Below are positions 47,910 to 57,531 of a stretch of 64,000 nucleotides of DNA, in pieces. How positions within the stretch are numbered: the first letter of the stretch is position 1; every line of letters begins with the position of its first letter. This DNA comes from Candidatus Poribacteria bacterium (GTDB taxonomy: Bacteria > Poribacteria > WGA-4E > WGA-3G). The notes under the pieces are model-generated. The model was not told where the DNA came from and did no database searches. It saw nothing but the letters and a program-made list of their open reading frames with translations. Location of the stretch: assembly GCA_963665235.2 (NCBI GenBank), contig CAXXLX010000001.1, positions 3,328,001 through 3,392,000 on the forward strand, read 5' to 3'. The translations under genes were made by a program, and so were the position numbers.

Positions 47910-50900
47910 ATGCGCAATATAAAAACTACGGTATTCATTCTTTTTGTTTTACAGTTGTTATTTACTTTTGAGTTTGTTGGGCACACGGAACAGGTTACGC
48001 GTCCGGTAACTTATGGGGTTGAGTTTAAGCCCCTAGGTGATGGAATTGATTGGGAAGGCAAAGTTCCTGAAGATTTTGACGCTGTTCACCTGCTTTTTAC
48101 TTTTAGGGTTGATCCTGGGACAGTGTCTGCAGAAATAAACGGCAATATTGAGTTCGATCAGGATAATCGGACGTTGGGAGTACATCCTCGTTTTGTCAAG
48201 GATGATGAGGGCAAATTGTATGTTGGCAAGTTATCGTATTCTGGCGGTGTGATTCTGTCGGGTGAAATCGTGTTTGATTTTGTTCTACCGATACCTTTTT
48301 TCCCAGATATTCCGATAGACTATACGCACCCGATTCCCAGTTTTCCTCAGATAAACAAGAGCTGGGCAAATGAAACTGCTTTTAACTCTTTTCTGCTTGG
48401 GGAAGATGATTCTGTTCAAGTCACGGGTGGTATTCGTAAGCTCTTGTCCGTAGATATTACCGTCGTTGAAATAGCTGAAATTCTGGCTATTGTGCTATCA
48501 CAAGGAACACTGCCACAGAAAATCGCAGACAAAGCAGGGAAAATTATCAAGAAGTATTTAGGTGATGGAGGTATTAAACTTAATGGTGGACTTGAAAACC
48601 GATTTAGATTATCTGGAATAGGTATAATCGTTGATGGGCAACTCATTCGGAGTGTTGATCAGACTGTTTCAACGCCTGGACTAGATCCCAATCTCAGTTC
48701 TTATTCTATACAGAGTAGCTACGATGAAAAGTTCTCTGCCGGACTGGATTTTGTTATTACGAGTGATATTTTCTTTAATTTTGCTCCTTTTGGTATTGAA
48801 GTGTGGAGTTATGAAAAGGAGATTTTTGAATTTCCGATACCTATTGTGCCCGACATAGAGGTAGATGTTTTGGATTTCGCAACGACCCCTGAAATAATCA
48901 CATTCCCGGTAAGTCCAAATGATAGTACGCCAGCAAACCGTGCCCCCGAAGCATCAGGCACTATCTCACCACAAACCGTTCGCATCAATGATGCCCACAC
49001 CACAATAGACATATCGGATAAGTTCACGGACCCAGATAACGATACCCTTAGTTATACTATAGCTATAAGTAACCCTTCGGTGCTTACGACGCAAACAGTT
49101 GCAAATCAGGTAACACTATTGCCCTGGTCCGCTGGCAGCGCGATAGTAACAATCACCGCCGCAGACCCTGACGGTTTAACAGCTACACAGACCTTCTCTG
49201 TCACTGTGCTGCCATCCACCACAGTAAATCGTGCGCCGATCGCTATTGGTACTATTAGCACAAAATCGTTGTACGTAGGTGGATTTTCTTCAACGATAGA
49301 CATATTACAGTATTTCAGTGACCCTGATGGTGATAGTTTGACCTACACAGCAATATCTGCTAATACACATGTTGTGAGCACCGAAGTGTTGACAGGTTCA
49401 AGGATAAGGGTTACACCTGAAGGGAACGGCAGCGCGACGGTGACAGTAACAGCAAGCGACGGCTCGCTTACTGCAATACAGACTTTCTCTGTTAACGTGT
49501 CTACGTTGTTAATTATAGGGAACCGTGCACCTATTGCACAAGGGACGATAAACGCACGGACGATGACGGTCGGTGATGCTTCAACCACGATTAACGTATC
49601 CGGTTATTTTAGTGATCCGGATGGGGACACGCTCACATACACAGTCACATCTAATGATGAAAATGTGGTGAGTGTGCAAAGAACAGGAAGTTCAAGTATA
49701 AGGCTTACACCTGCAAGTGATGGTAGTGCGACGGTGACAGTGACGGCAAGCGATAGCAGCTTGTCGGCCACGCAAAACTTTTCTGTTACTGTTGAGGAAG
49801 CACCTAATGACATTTCTGATTCGCCAGATGTCGTTGTTGAAAACATTTCTGCAGATTATGTAAATAATTATCCTGGGGAAAGATACACGGTGTCTGCTAC
49901 TGTTCGGAATGCGGGAGGAGGTAGAGCATCTCACATTAGACTACGTTACTACCTCTCAGATGATGCAACATATTCAACAGATGATGAAGAATATGAAGGG
50001 CTTGACGATGCTACTGGTGTTTTAGGCAGCGGTGAGGAAAGCCGTGAGAGTGTAGCTTTAGACGCACTCAGCGAGCAAGGATCCTACTATATTATTGCGC
50101 GCGTAGCAAGAGTGCCGGATGAACGGAACACCAGCAATAACTATGCGTCCATCAAAATAACTGTCTTACCACCTAAGGTGCCCGACTTAGTTGTATCACT
50201 TTCCGCGAACAAATATCTTGTAGACGCTAATGATTATTTCAAATTAATAGGTATCGTCCGAAACGTAGGTAAAGAAGATGCTTCTAGTGGAACAACCTTA
50301 CGTTTCTATGCCTCTACAGATGCAACCCTCTCATCAGATGATGAAGAAATAGGCACAGAATACATAAAGGAAAAACAAATCGAAGAGGGGGAATCAGAAG
50401 ACGAGTATTTTGGTCTCCGTGCCCCGCAAAAGCCAGGGGCATACTATTATTTTGCTCGTGTAGACAGCGTGGACAATGAACGTGAGACAGATAATAACTT
50501 TTCCAATGTTGTCATAATCAATGTTCGAGGGCCAGATTTGGTTATAGACTCGGTTTCCGTGGATTATTTTCCCCGAAAACATACCACCGTAAATCCCAAT
50601 GGACATTTTGAACTACAGGCAACCGTTCGAAACCAAGGAACAGATTACAGTTCTTCAACGTACTTGCATTACTACGTTTCCTCAGACGCAACCCTATCGG
50701 ACGATGATACCGAAATCGATACAGCAGACTGGGTTCATTCCTTAGATCCCGGTGAGACAGAGGTCGAAGCGACTAACTATCCAATCCGTACAAATTATGT
50801 GTCAGGATTTTTCTACTGTTTTGTGTGCATAGATGAAGTAGAAGATGAAATTGATACAGACAATAACTGCTCCGATCCTATCAAAATAAAGGTCCGAAAT

Positions 50901-53900
50901 GTAGCTCCACGGGCGAATGGACAGATTCCAGCGCAGACGTTGAATGTAGGAACACCAAGGACTCTGGATATCTCCGATTACTTTACAGATGAAAATAAAG
51001 ATCCTCTTACCTATACCGCAAATTCCAGTGACACCAATATTGCAACGGCTAGCGTGTCCAATGCCCAAGTGCTAATCACACCAATGAATCTGGGCAATAC
51101 GACAATCACCGTAACTGCAAACGATGGTGCCCTTACAGGAACACAGACAATTTCTGTTTCTGTAGCTGCTACCGTATCTGAAGAGACGTGGATGCCAGAC
51201 GCGAATTTACGTGCAGCAACACGCTCGGCTCTTGGACTAAATGCAGGCGATCCGCTCACAAAGCAGAAGATGACTGAATTAACTTCGTTAGAGGCCGATT
51301 CCAGGCAGATAATTAATCTCACAGGATTGGAATATGCGACAAACCTAACGCGCTTAATTGTTCCGCGGAATGAGATAAGGGATCTCACACCCCTACAAAA
51401 CTTAACAACCCTAACGTACATAGACCTGCATTATAATCCAATCAGCGATCTCACACCCCTACAAAACTTGATTGCTCTCACGGTCTTACATATCGGGGCG
51501 AATCAAATGACTAACATCACACCACTCGGAAACCTTACAGCACTGACAGAATTATGGCTCCCATATAACGATCAAATCAGTGACTTCACACCCCTAAGAA
51601 ATCTTACCGCTCTCACGAAATTAATCCTATATCAAACTCAAATGCGGGATCTCACACCGCTCGAAAATCTTACAGGACTTACAGAATTATGGCTGTATGA
51701 TAATGGAATCAGTGACATAGAACCTCTAAAAAGTCTCACTGCTCTCACGTTCTTACAGATCCAGAATAATCAAATCAGTGATGTTTCTTCTCTTGAAGGC
51801 TTAACAGCATTAAGAACTCTACGTCTTTCAGGAAATCCGATCGCAGATTACACACCGCTTCGTAGCCTTAAGGACAAAAATCCGAATCTGTCCACGGATA
51901 TAACGATTCCCACACCTAACCGCGCCCCCGTAGCAGTCGGCACGATTTCGGCACAGTCTTTGACAGTTGGAGGTTCGTCTGTGGCAGTAGATGTCTCTGG
52001 CAACTTCAGTGATGCGGATAACGACACCCTCACCTATACAGCGAGTTCCAGCGACACGAGTGTAGCAACGGTGAGCATGTCTAATGCCCAAATTACAATC
52101 ACACCTATTGCTGCTGGCAGTGCGACAATCACTATAACCGCGAGTGATGGCAGTTTGACAGCAACACAGACGATTGCGGTCAATGTGGCCCCCGTGACAA
52201 ATCGTGCACCTATTGCTGTTGGGACGATTTCAGCACAATCTTTGATAGTTGGGGGTTTGTCCGTGTCTGTGGATGTTTCTGACAACTTCAGTGATGCGGA
52301 TAACGACACCCTCACCTATACGGCAAACTCCAGCAACGCGAGTGTAGCAACGGTGAACGTGTCCGGGGCCCAAGTTACAATCACACCCGTGGCTACAGGC
52401 AGCGCAACAATAACCGTGACAGCGAATGATGGCAGTTTGACAGCAACACAGACGATTGCGGTCAATGTGGCCCCCGTGACAAATCGTGCACCTATTGCTG
52501 TTGGGACGATTTCAGCACAATCTTTGATAGTTGGGGGTTTGTCCGTGTCTGTGGATGTTTCTGACAACTTCAGTGATGCGGATAACGACACCCTCACCTA
52601 TACGGCAAACTCCAGTAACACAAGTGTGGCAACGGTAACCGTGTCCGGTGCCCAAGTTACAATCACACCTGTGACTACAGGGAGTGCGACAATCACTATA
52701 ACCGCCGATGATGGGAGTTTGACAGCAACACAGACTATTGCTGTCACTGTGAATACTGCGCTTGTTGGAAACCGCGCGCCTATTGCTGTCGGCACGATTT
52801 TAGCACAGTCTTTAATAGTTGGGGGTTCATCGGTGTCGGTGGATGTTTCTGGCAACTTCAGTGATGCGGATAATGACACCCTCACCTATACGGCAAGTTC
52901 CAGCAACACAAGTATAGCAACGGTAAGCATATCTAATGCCCAAGTTACAATCACACCCGTGGCTGCAGGGAGCGCAACAATCACTGTAACAGCGAATGAT
53001 GGCGAGTTGACAGCAACACAGACTATCTCGGTTACTGTCACTACCTCCACATCTGAGGAAACATGGATGCCGGATGCCGTTTTACGCGCGAAGGTGCGCG
53101 CCGCACTTGGACTACAAGCAGGCGAGGAACTTACGCAGCAAGCCATGACACAATTAACATCATTATCACTATCAAGCCAACCTGAACAACCAGGCATCCT
53201 CAATCCTACCGGATTGGAACATGCAACGCAACTCAGGACTTTATTCCTTTCAAGTTATTTCGTCAGTGGCAACAGACTCAGCGACATTACACCACTCCAA
53301 AATTTGACAAACCTCACAGACTTGAATCTTGGGTCTAATAATATTAGTGACATTACACCACTCCGAAATTTAACAAACCTCACTCGCTTAATCCTACAAT
53401 ATAATCGAATCAGCGACATTACGCCACTCCAAAATTTAACAAGTCTTTCGCATTTAAGCCTAATTGGCAATCAAATTAACGATGTCACACCGCTTGAAAA
53501 TTTGACATCACTAACGACTTTATACCTTGGAGGAAATTCTATTTCAGATTTGGATCCGCTCCGTAGACTCAAGCAGCAGAATCTGCTTTTGACCATAGAT
53601 ATTGATATCGGTCCTTTAACGCCCAACAGGGCACCGGTAACAGTTGGCACAATTTCAGCACGAACCCTTACAGCTGGAGCGTCCTCCGTTGTTGTGGATG
53701 TTTCGGCGAACTTCAGCGATCCAGATAATGACACCCTTACCTATACAGCGAGTTCCAGTAACACCGGTGTTGCCACAGCGAGCGTGTCCGGTACTCAAGT
53801 TACTATCACCCCCGTGGCAGCAGGCAGCACAACAATCACAGTAACCGCAAGCGATGGCACATTAGCTGCTACGCAAACTACCTCAGTTACGGTAACAGCT

Positions 53901-56900
53901 GCGCCTGTGGCAAATCGCGCACCTATTACTGTGGGAGCAATTGCTAATCAAACGCTGATAGTAGGAAATCCATCAGTAGCGATAGATGTTTCCGGTTACT
54001 TCAGTGATCCGGATAATAACACGCTTACCTATACGGCAAGTTCCAGCGGCACAAGTATCGCAACGGTGACCGTGTCCAGTGCCCAAGTTACAATCACACC
54101 CGTGGCTGCAGGCAATGCTACAATCACTGTAACAGCAAGTGATGGTAGCTTGACAGCAGCACAGACTATCGCTGTTTCTGTTACAGCTACCGTATCTGAG
54201 GAAACATGGATGCCGGATGCCGTTTTACGCGCTGCTGTTCGCGCCACACTTCAACTACAACAAGGTGAAGCGCTCACTCAGCAGGCAATGACAGGATTGA
54301 CAGGAGTAGGTGCGAATGGTAAGCAAATTAGTGATCTCACAGGTTTAGAGCATGCAACAAATATAACATCTTTGCGACTTGATAGTAACCAAATAAGCGA
54401 TCTGACACCCCTACAAAACTTGACAGAGATTACGTATATATCACTTTATAGCAATCCAATCAACAGCATCACGCCCCTACAAAATCTTACAAAACTTACA
54501 AGTCTAACTTTTGGTAATAACCTATCTTCCAATTACAGTCCAGTTCCAATCGGTGATATTACCCCCCTACAAAATCTTACGAAACTCACAAGTCTAACTC
54601 TCAAAAGATGTCAAATTAGTGATATTACCCCCTTGCAAAACCTAACGAACCTTACACAATTAAATTTAGCCGGTAATTCTATTAGTAATCTCACGCCCCT
54701 ACAGAACCTCACGAAACTTACGAGCTTAGAACTGTACAACAATTCAATCAGTAACCTCACCCCTTTGCAAAACCTTACAAACCTTACGAATTTAATACTT
54801 CGCCATAATTCAATCACTGACATTACTGCCCTACAGAACCTTACGAAACTTACGAGCTTATGGATTCGTGGAAATCAGGTCAGCAACATTACCGCCCTAC
54901 AAAACCTTACAGAACTCACATCTTTATATGCTGAGGGATGTTCAATTAGTGACATTACCCCCCTTGCAAAACTTACAAAATTGAAAGTTTTACATATCAG
55001 CTCTAATCAAGTTAGCGACATTACTACTCTGCAAAACTTAACTCAACTTATTCAGTTAGATCTCAGATCCAATCAGATTAGCAATGTTACATCACTGGAA
55101 GGTTTAACGACGCTCAAAACCTTGTATATCTCCGGAAATCAGATTTCGGATTACGCGCCGCTTCGCAGACTCAAAGCAAAGAATTTGGATATGGGAATAG
55201 ATATTACAATTCCGCCAGCACCTGCCCCAAACAATGCGCCTGTAGCAGTTGGCACGATTTCGGCACAATCTTTAACAGCTGGGGGTTCGTCTGTGTCGGT
55301 GGGTGTTTCTGGCAACTTCAGTGATGCGGATAACGACACCCTCACCTATACGGCAAGTTCCAGCAGCACAAGTATCGCAACGGTGAGCGTGTCTAATGCA
55401 CAAGTTACGATCACACCCGTGGCTGCAGGGAGCGCAACAATCACCGTAACGGCAAGTGATGGCAGTTTGACAGCAACACAGACAATCGCTGTCACTGTGG
55501 CAGCTGCTGTGACGAATCGTGCGCCCGTGGCAGTAGGGACGATTTCCGCACAATCCTTGACAGTAGGGGGTTCATCGGCGGCGGTGGATGTCTCTAGCAA
55601 TTTCAGTGATGCGGATAACGACACACTCACCTATACGGCAAGTTCCAGCAGCACGAGTATCGCAACGGTCAGTGTGTCTAGTGCTCAAGTTACAATCACA
55701 CCCGTGGCTGTCGGCAGCGCGACAATTACAGTAACAGCGAGTGATGGCAGTTTGACAGCAACACAGACAATCGCTGTCACTGTGGCAGCTGCACCTGGGA
55801 CAAATCGTGCGCCCGTGGCAGTAGGGACGATTTCCGCACAATCCTTAACAGCTGGTGGTTCATCGGCGGCGGTGGATGTCTCTAGCAATTTCAGTGATGC
55901 GGATAACGACACACTCACCTATACGGCAAGTTCCAGCAGCACGAGTATCGCAACGGTCAGTATGTCTAATGCCCAAGTTACAATCACGCCAGTCGCTGCA
56001 GGAAGTTCAACAATCACCGTAACGGCAAGTGATGGCAGTTTGACAGCAACACAGACAATCGCTGTAACAGTTTCTTCCCCTACTCCGATCTCAATACCTG
56101 ATACGAAGTTAGCAGCGGCTGTCCGAAGTGCCCTCGGTTTGGGAACAAACGGTGTGATTACTCAGGTGAACATTCTCAGATTAACCTACTTGGATGCTCA
56201 GGCCAAGAGCATAGCAAACCTTACCGGACTGGAACATGCAACAAATCTAACGTTTTTACTTCTCAGTGGGAATGCTATAAGCGATGTCGACCCCCTAAAA
56301 AGCTTGACAAAACTAACAAACTTATGGCTCAATGAGAATAATATAAGTGATGTCGACCCCCTAAAAAGCTTGACAAAACTAACGACGTTACTGCTTGATC
56401 GGAATGCTATAAGCGATGTCGACCCCCTAAAAAGCTTGACAAAACTAACAAACTTATCTCTCTGGAAGAATGACATAAGCGATGTCGACCCCCTAAAAAG
56501 CTTGACAAATCTGACGACTTTAAGTCTCAACTATAATGATATAAGCGATGTCACACCCCTCAAAAACTTAACAAACTTACATCATTTATATCTATATTCT
56601 ATTGGCATGAGTGATGTCACACCCCTCAAAGACTTCACAAGCCTGATAGAGTTAAATCTCGGTGAGAATGCTATAAGCGATGTCGACCCCCTAAAAAGCT
56701 TAACAAACCTAACAGGCTTACTTATGGAGAAGAATGATATAAGCGATATCACCCCCCTAAAAAGCTTGACAAACCTAAAATATTTAGCGCTTAATGATAA
56801 TGACATAACCGCTCTACCTACAGGTTTTTTTAAGGGTTTCTCCAATCTCAATGGGACTAATTTGAGAGAAAACCCTGGGACCCCCTTCACCTTAACACTG

Positions 56901-57521
56901 CAACTCGCGCGTACTGACAACACGGATCTTACAGCAGCAAGTCCTGCCACCGTGAAGGTTAAACTCGCCGAAGGCACTCCATTTGACATGAGCGTCACCC
57001 TCTCCGTTACAGGCGGAACACTCTCATCAACTACAGCAACGATTGCAAAGGGCAGTACCGAGAGCAGTGCTATTACGGTGACACAGAGCGGTGCCGGCGC
57101 AACTACTGTCACCCTTGGGACAGCGCCTACAGTTCCATCAAGTTATAGAGGCATCCAGACTGCCGTTGGGAGTTCGCTTGTTCTGTTTAGTTCAGGTGCG
57201 GGGCCGTCTGCCGTAATGGAACAACCCAGCGCAACAACCCTCTTACCAAACTACCCAAATCCGTTCAACCCGGAAACGTGGATACCGTATCAGTTATCAA
57301 AATCCGCGAAGGTCACGTTGACAATCTACAACATAAGAGGAGTTGTCGTTAGGCAATTGGCATTGGGGCATAAGCCTGCCGGTGTCTACTATACCCGAAC
57401 CCGGGCAGCGTATTGGGACGGTAGGAATAATCTCGGTGAGAAAGTCGGAGCAGGACTATATTTTGTCAAATTCAGTGCGGGAAACTATACTGCTGTCCGG
57501 AAGATGGTAATAAAAAAGTAA
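47910..57521 (+). CDS. Giant surface protein: 13 cadherin/Ig-like repeats, 3 CARDB domains, 4 internalin-type LRR blocks and a CTD-like tail
   Basis: NRAP..FSD.D.DTLTYTA..TQTI.V.V repeats, PDL.V..DNN.S CARDB motifs, 22-aa ISDITPLQNLTxLxxLxLxxN LRRs with PDxxLR caps, and a C-terminal LLPNYPNPFNPETWIPYQL. Confidence 0.93.
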   Translation: MRNIKTTVFILFVLQLLFTFEFVGHTEQVTRPVTYGVEFKPLGDGIDWEGKVPEDFDAVHLLFTFRVDPGTVSAEINGNIEFDQDNRTLGVHPRFVKDDEGKLYVGKLSYSGGVILSGEIVFDFVLPIPFFPDIPIDYTHPIPSFPQINKSWANETAFNSFLLGEDDSVQVTGGIRKLLSVDITVVEIAEILAIVLSQGTLPQKIADKAGKIIKKYLGDGGIKLNGGLENRFRLSGIGIIVDGQLIRSVDQTVSTPGLDPNLSSYSIQSSYDEKFSAGLDFVITSDIFFNFAPFGIEVWSYEKEIFEFPIPIVPDIEVDVLDFATTPEIITFPVSPNDSTPANRAPEASGTISPQTVRINDAHTTIDISDKFTDPDNDTLSYTIAISNPSVLTTQTVANQVTLLPWSAGSAIVTITAADPDGLTATQTFSVTVLPSTTVNRAPIAIGTISTKSLYVGGFSSTIDILQYFSDPDGDSLTYTAISANTHVVSTEVLTGSRIRVTPEGNGSATVTVTASDGSLTAIQTFSVNVSTLLIIGNRAPIAQGTINARTMTVGDASTTINVSGYFSDPDGDTLTYTVTSNDENVVSVQRTGSSSIRLTPASDGSATVTVTASDSSLSATQNFSVTVEEAPNDISDSPDVVVENISADYVNNYPGERYTVSATVRNAGGGRASHIRLRYYLSDDATYSTDDEEYEGLDDATGVLGSGEESRESVALDALSEQGSYYIIARVARVPDERNTSNNYASIKITVLPPKVPDLVVSLSANKYLVDANDYFKLIGIVRNVGKEDASSGTTLRFYASTDATLSSDDEEIGTEYIKEKQIEEGESEDEYFGLRAPQKPGAYYYFARVDSVDNERETDNNFSNVVIINVRGPDLVIDSVSVDYFPRKHTTVNPNGHFELQATVRNQGTDYSSSTYLHYYVSSDATLSDDDTEIDTADWVHSLDPGETEVEATNYPIRTNYVSGFFYCFVCIDEVEDEIDTDNNCSDPIKIKVRNVAPRANGQIPAQTLNVGTPRTLDISDYFTDENKDPLTYTANSSDTNIATASVSNAQVLITPMNLGNTTITVTANDGALTGTQTISVSVAATVSEETWMPDANLRAATRSALGLNAGDPLTKQKMTELTSLEADSRQIINLTGLEYATNLTRLIVPRNEIRDLTPLQNLTTLTYIDLHYNPISDLTPLQNLIALTVLHIGANQMTNITPLGNLTALTELWLPYNDQISDFTPLRNLTALTKLILYQTQMRDLTPLENLTGLTELWLYDNGISDIEPLKSLTALTFLQIQNNQISDVSSLEGLTALRTLRLSGNPIADYTPLRSLKDKNPNLSTDITIPTPNRAPVAVGTISAQSLTVGGSSVAVDVSGNFSDADNDTLTYTASSSDTSVATVSMSNAQITITPIAAGSATITITASDGSLTATQTIAVNVAPVTNRAPIAVGTISAQSLIVGGLSVSVDVSDNFSDADNDTLTYTANSSNASVATVNVSGAQVTITPVATGSATITVTANDGSLTATQTIAVNVAPVTNRAPIAVGTISAQSLIVGGLSVSVDVSDNFSDADNDTLTYTANSSNTSVATVTVSGAQVTITPVTTGSATITITADDGSLTATQTIAVTVNTALVGNRAPIAVGTILAQSLIVGGSSVSVDVSGNFSDADNDTLTYTASSSNTSIATVSISNAQVTITPVAAGSATITVTANDGELTATQTISVTVTTSTSEETWMPDAVLRAKVRAALGLQAGEELTQQAMTQLTSLSLSSQPEQPGILNPTGLEHATQLRTLFLSSYFVSGNRLSDITPLQNLTNLTDLNLGSNNISDITPLRNLTNLTRLILQYNRISDITPLQNLTSLSHLSLIGNQINDVTPLENLTSLTTLYLGGNSISDLDPLRRLKQQNLLLTIDIDIGPLTPNRAPVTVGTISARTLTAGASSVVVDVSANFSDPDNDTLTYTASSSNTGVATASVSGTQVTITPVAAGSTTITVTASDGTLAATQTTSVTVTAAPVANRAPITVGAIANQTLIVGNPSVAIDVSGYFSDPDNNTLTYTASSSGTSIATVTVSSAQVTITPVAAGNATITVTASDGSLTAAQTIAVSVTATVSEETWMPDAVLRAAVRATLQLQQGEALTQQAMTGLTGVGANGKQISDLTGLEHATNITSLRLDSNQISDLTPLQNLTEITYISLYSNPINSITPLQNLTKLTSLTFGNNLSSNYSPVPIGDITPLQNLTKLTSLTLKRCQISDITPLQNLTNLTQLNLAGNSISNLTPLQNLTKLTSLELYNNSISNLTPLQNLTNLTNLILRHNSITDITALQNLTKLTSLWIRGNQVSNITALQNLTELTSLYAEGCSISDITPLAKLTKLKVLHISSNQVSDITTLQNLTQLIQLDLRSNQISNVTSLEGLTTLKTLYISGNQISDYAPLRRLKAKNLDMGIDITIPPAPAPNNAPVAVGTISAQSLTAGGSSVSVGVSGNFSDADNDTLTYTASSSSTSIATVSVSNAQVTITPVAAGSATITVTASDGSLTATQTIAVTVAAAVTNRAPVAVGTISAQSLTVGGSSAAVDVSSNFSDADNDTLTYTASSSSTSIATVSVSSAQVTITPVAVGSATITVTASDGSLTATQTIAVTVAAAPGTNRAPVAVGTISAQSLTAGGSSAAVDVSSNFSDADNDTLTYTASSSSTSIATVSMSNAQVTITPVAAGSSTITVTASDGSLTATQTIAVTVSSPTPISIPDTKLAAAVRSALGLGTNGVITQVNILRLTYLDAQAKSIANLTGLEHATNLTFLLLSGNAISDVDPLKSLTKLTNLWLNENNISDVDPLKSLTKLTTLLLDRNAISDVDPLKSLTKLTNLSLWKNDISDVDPLKSLTNLTTLSLNYNDISDVTPLKNLTNLHHLYLYSIGMSDVTPLKDFTSLIELNLGENAISDVDPLKSLTNLTGLLMEKNDISDITPLKSLTNLKYLALNDNDITALPTGFFKGFSNLNGTNLRENPGTPFTLTLQLARTDNTDLTAASPATVKVKLAEGTPFDMSVTLSVTGGTLSSTTATIAKGSTESSAITVTQSGAGATTVTLGTAPTVPSSYRGIQTAVGSSLVLFSSGAGPSAVMEQPSATTLLPNYPNPFNPETWIPYQLSKSAKVTLTIYNIRGVVVRQLALGHKPAGVYYTRTRAAYWDGRNNLGEKVGAGLYFVKFSAGNYTAVRKMVIKK

Positions 57522-57531
57522 GGAGTAAAAA

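Noticed and set aside
48416-57112. Many minus-strand ORFs (MRVSLSASLKL..., etc.)
   Set aside because: Antisense shadows of the repetitive adhesin gene. The same applies to short ORFs overlapping other long genes.
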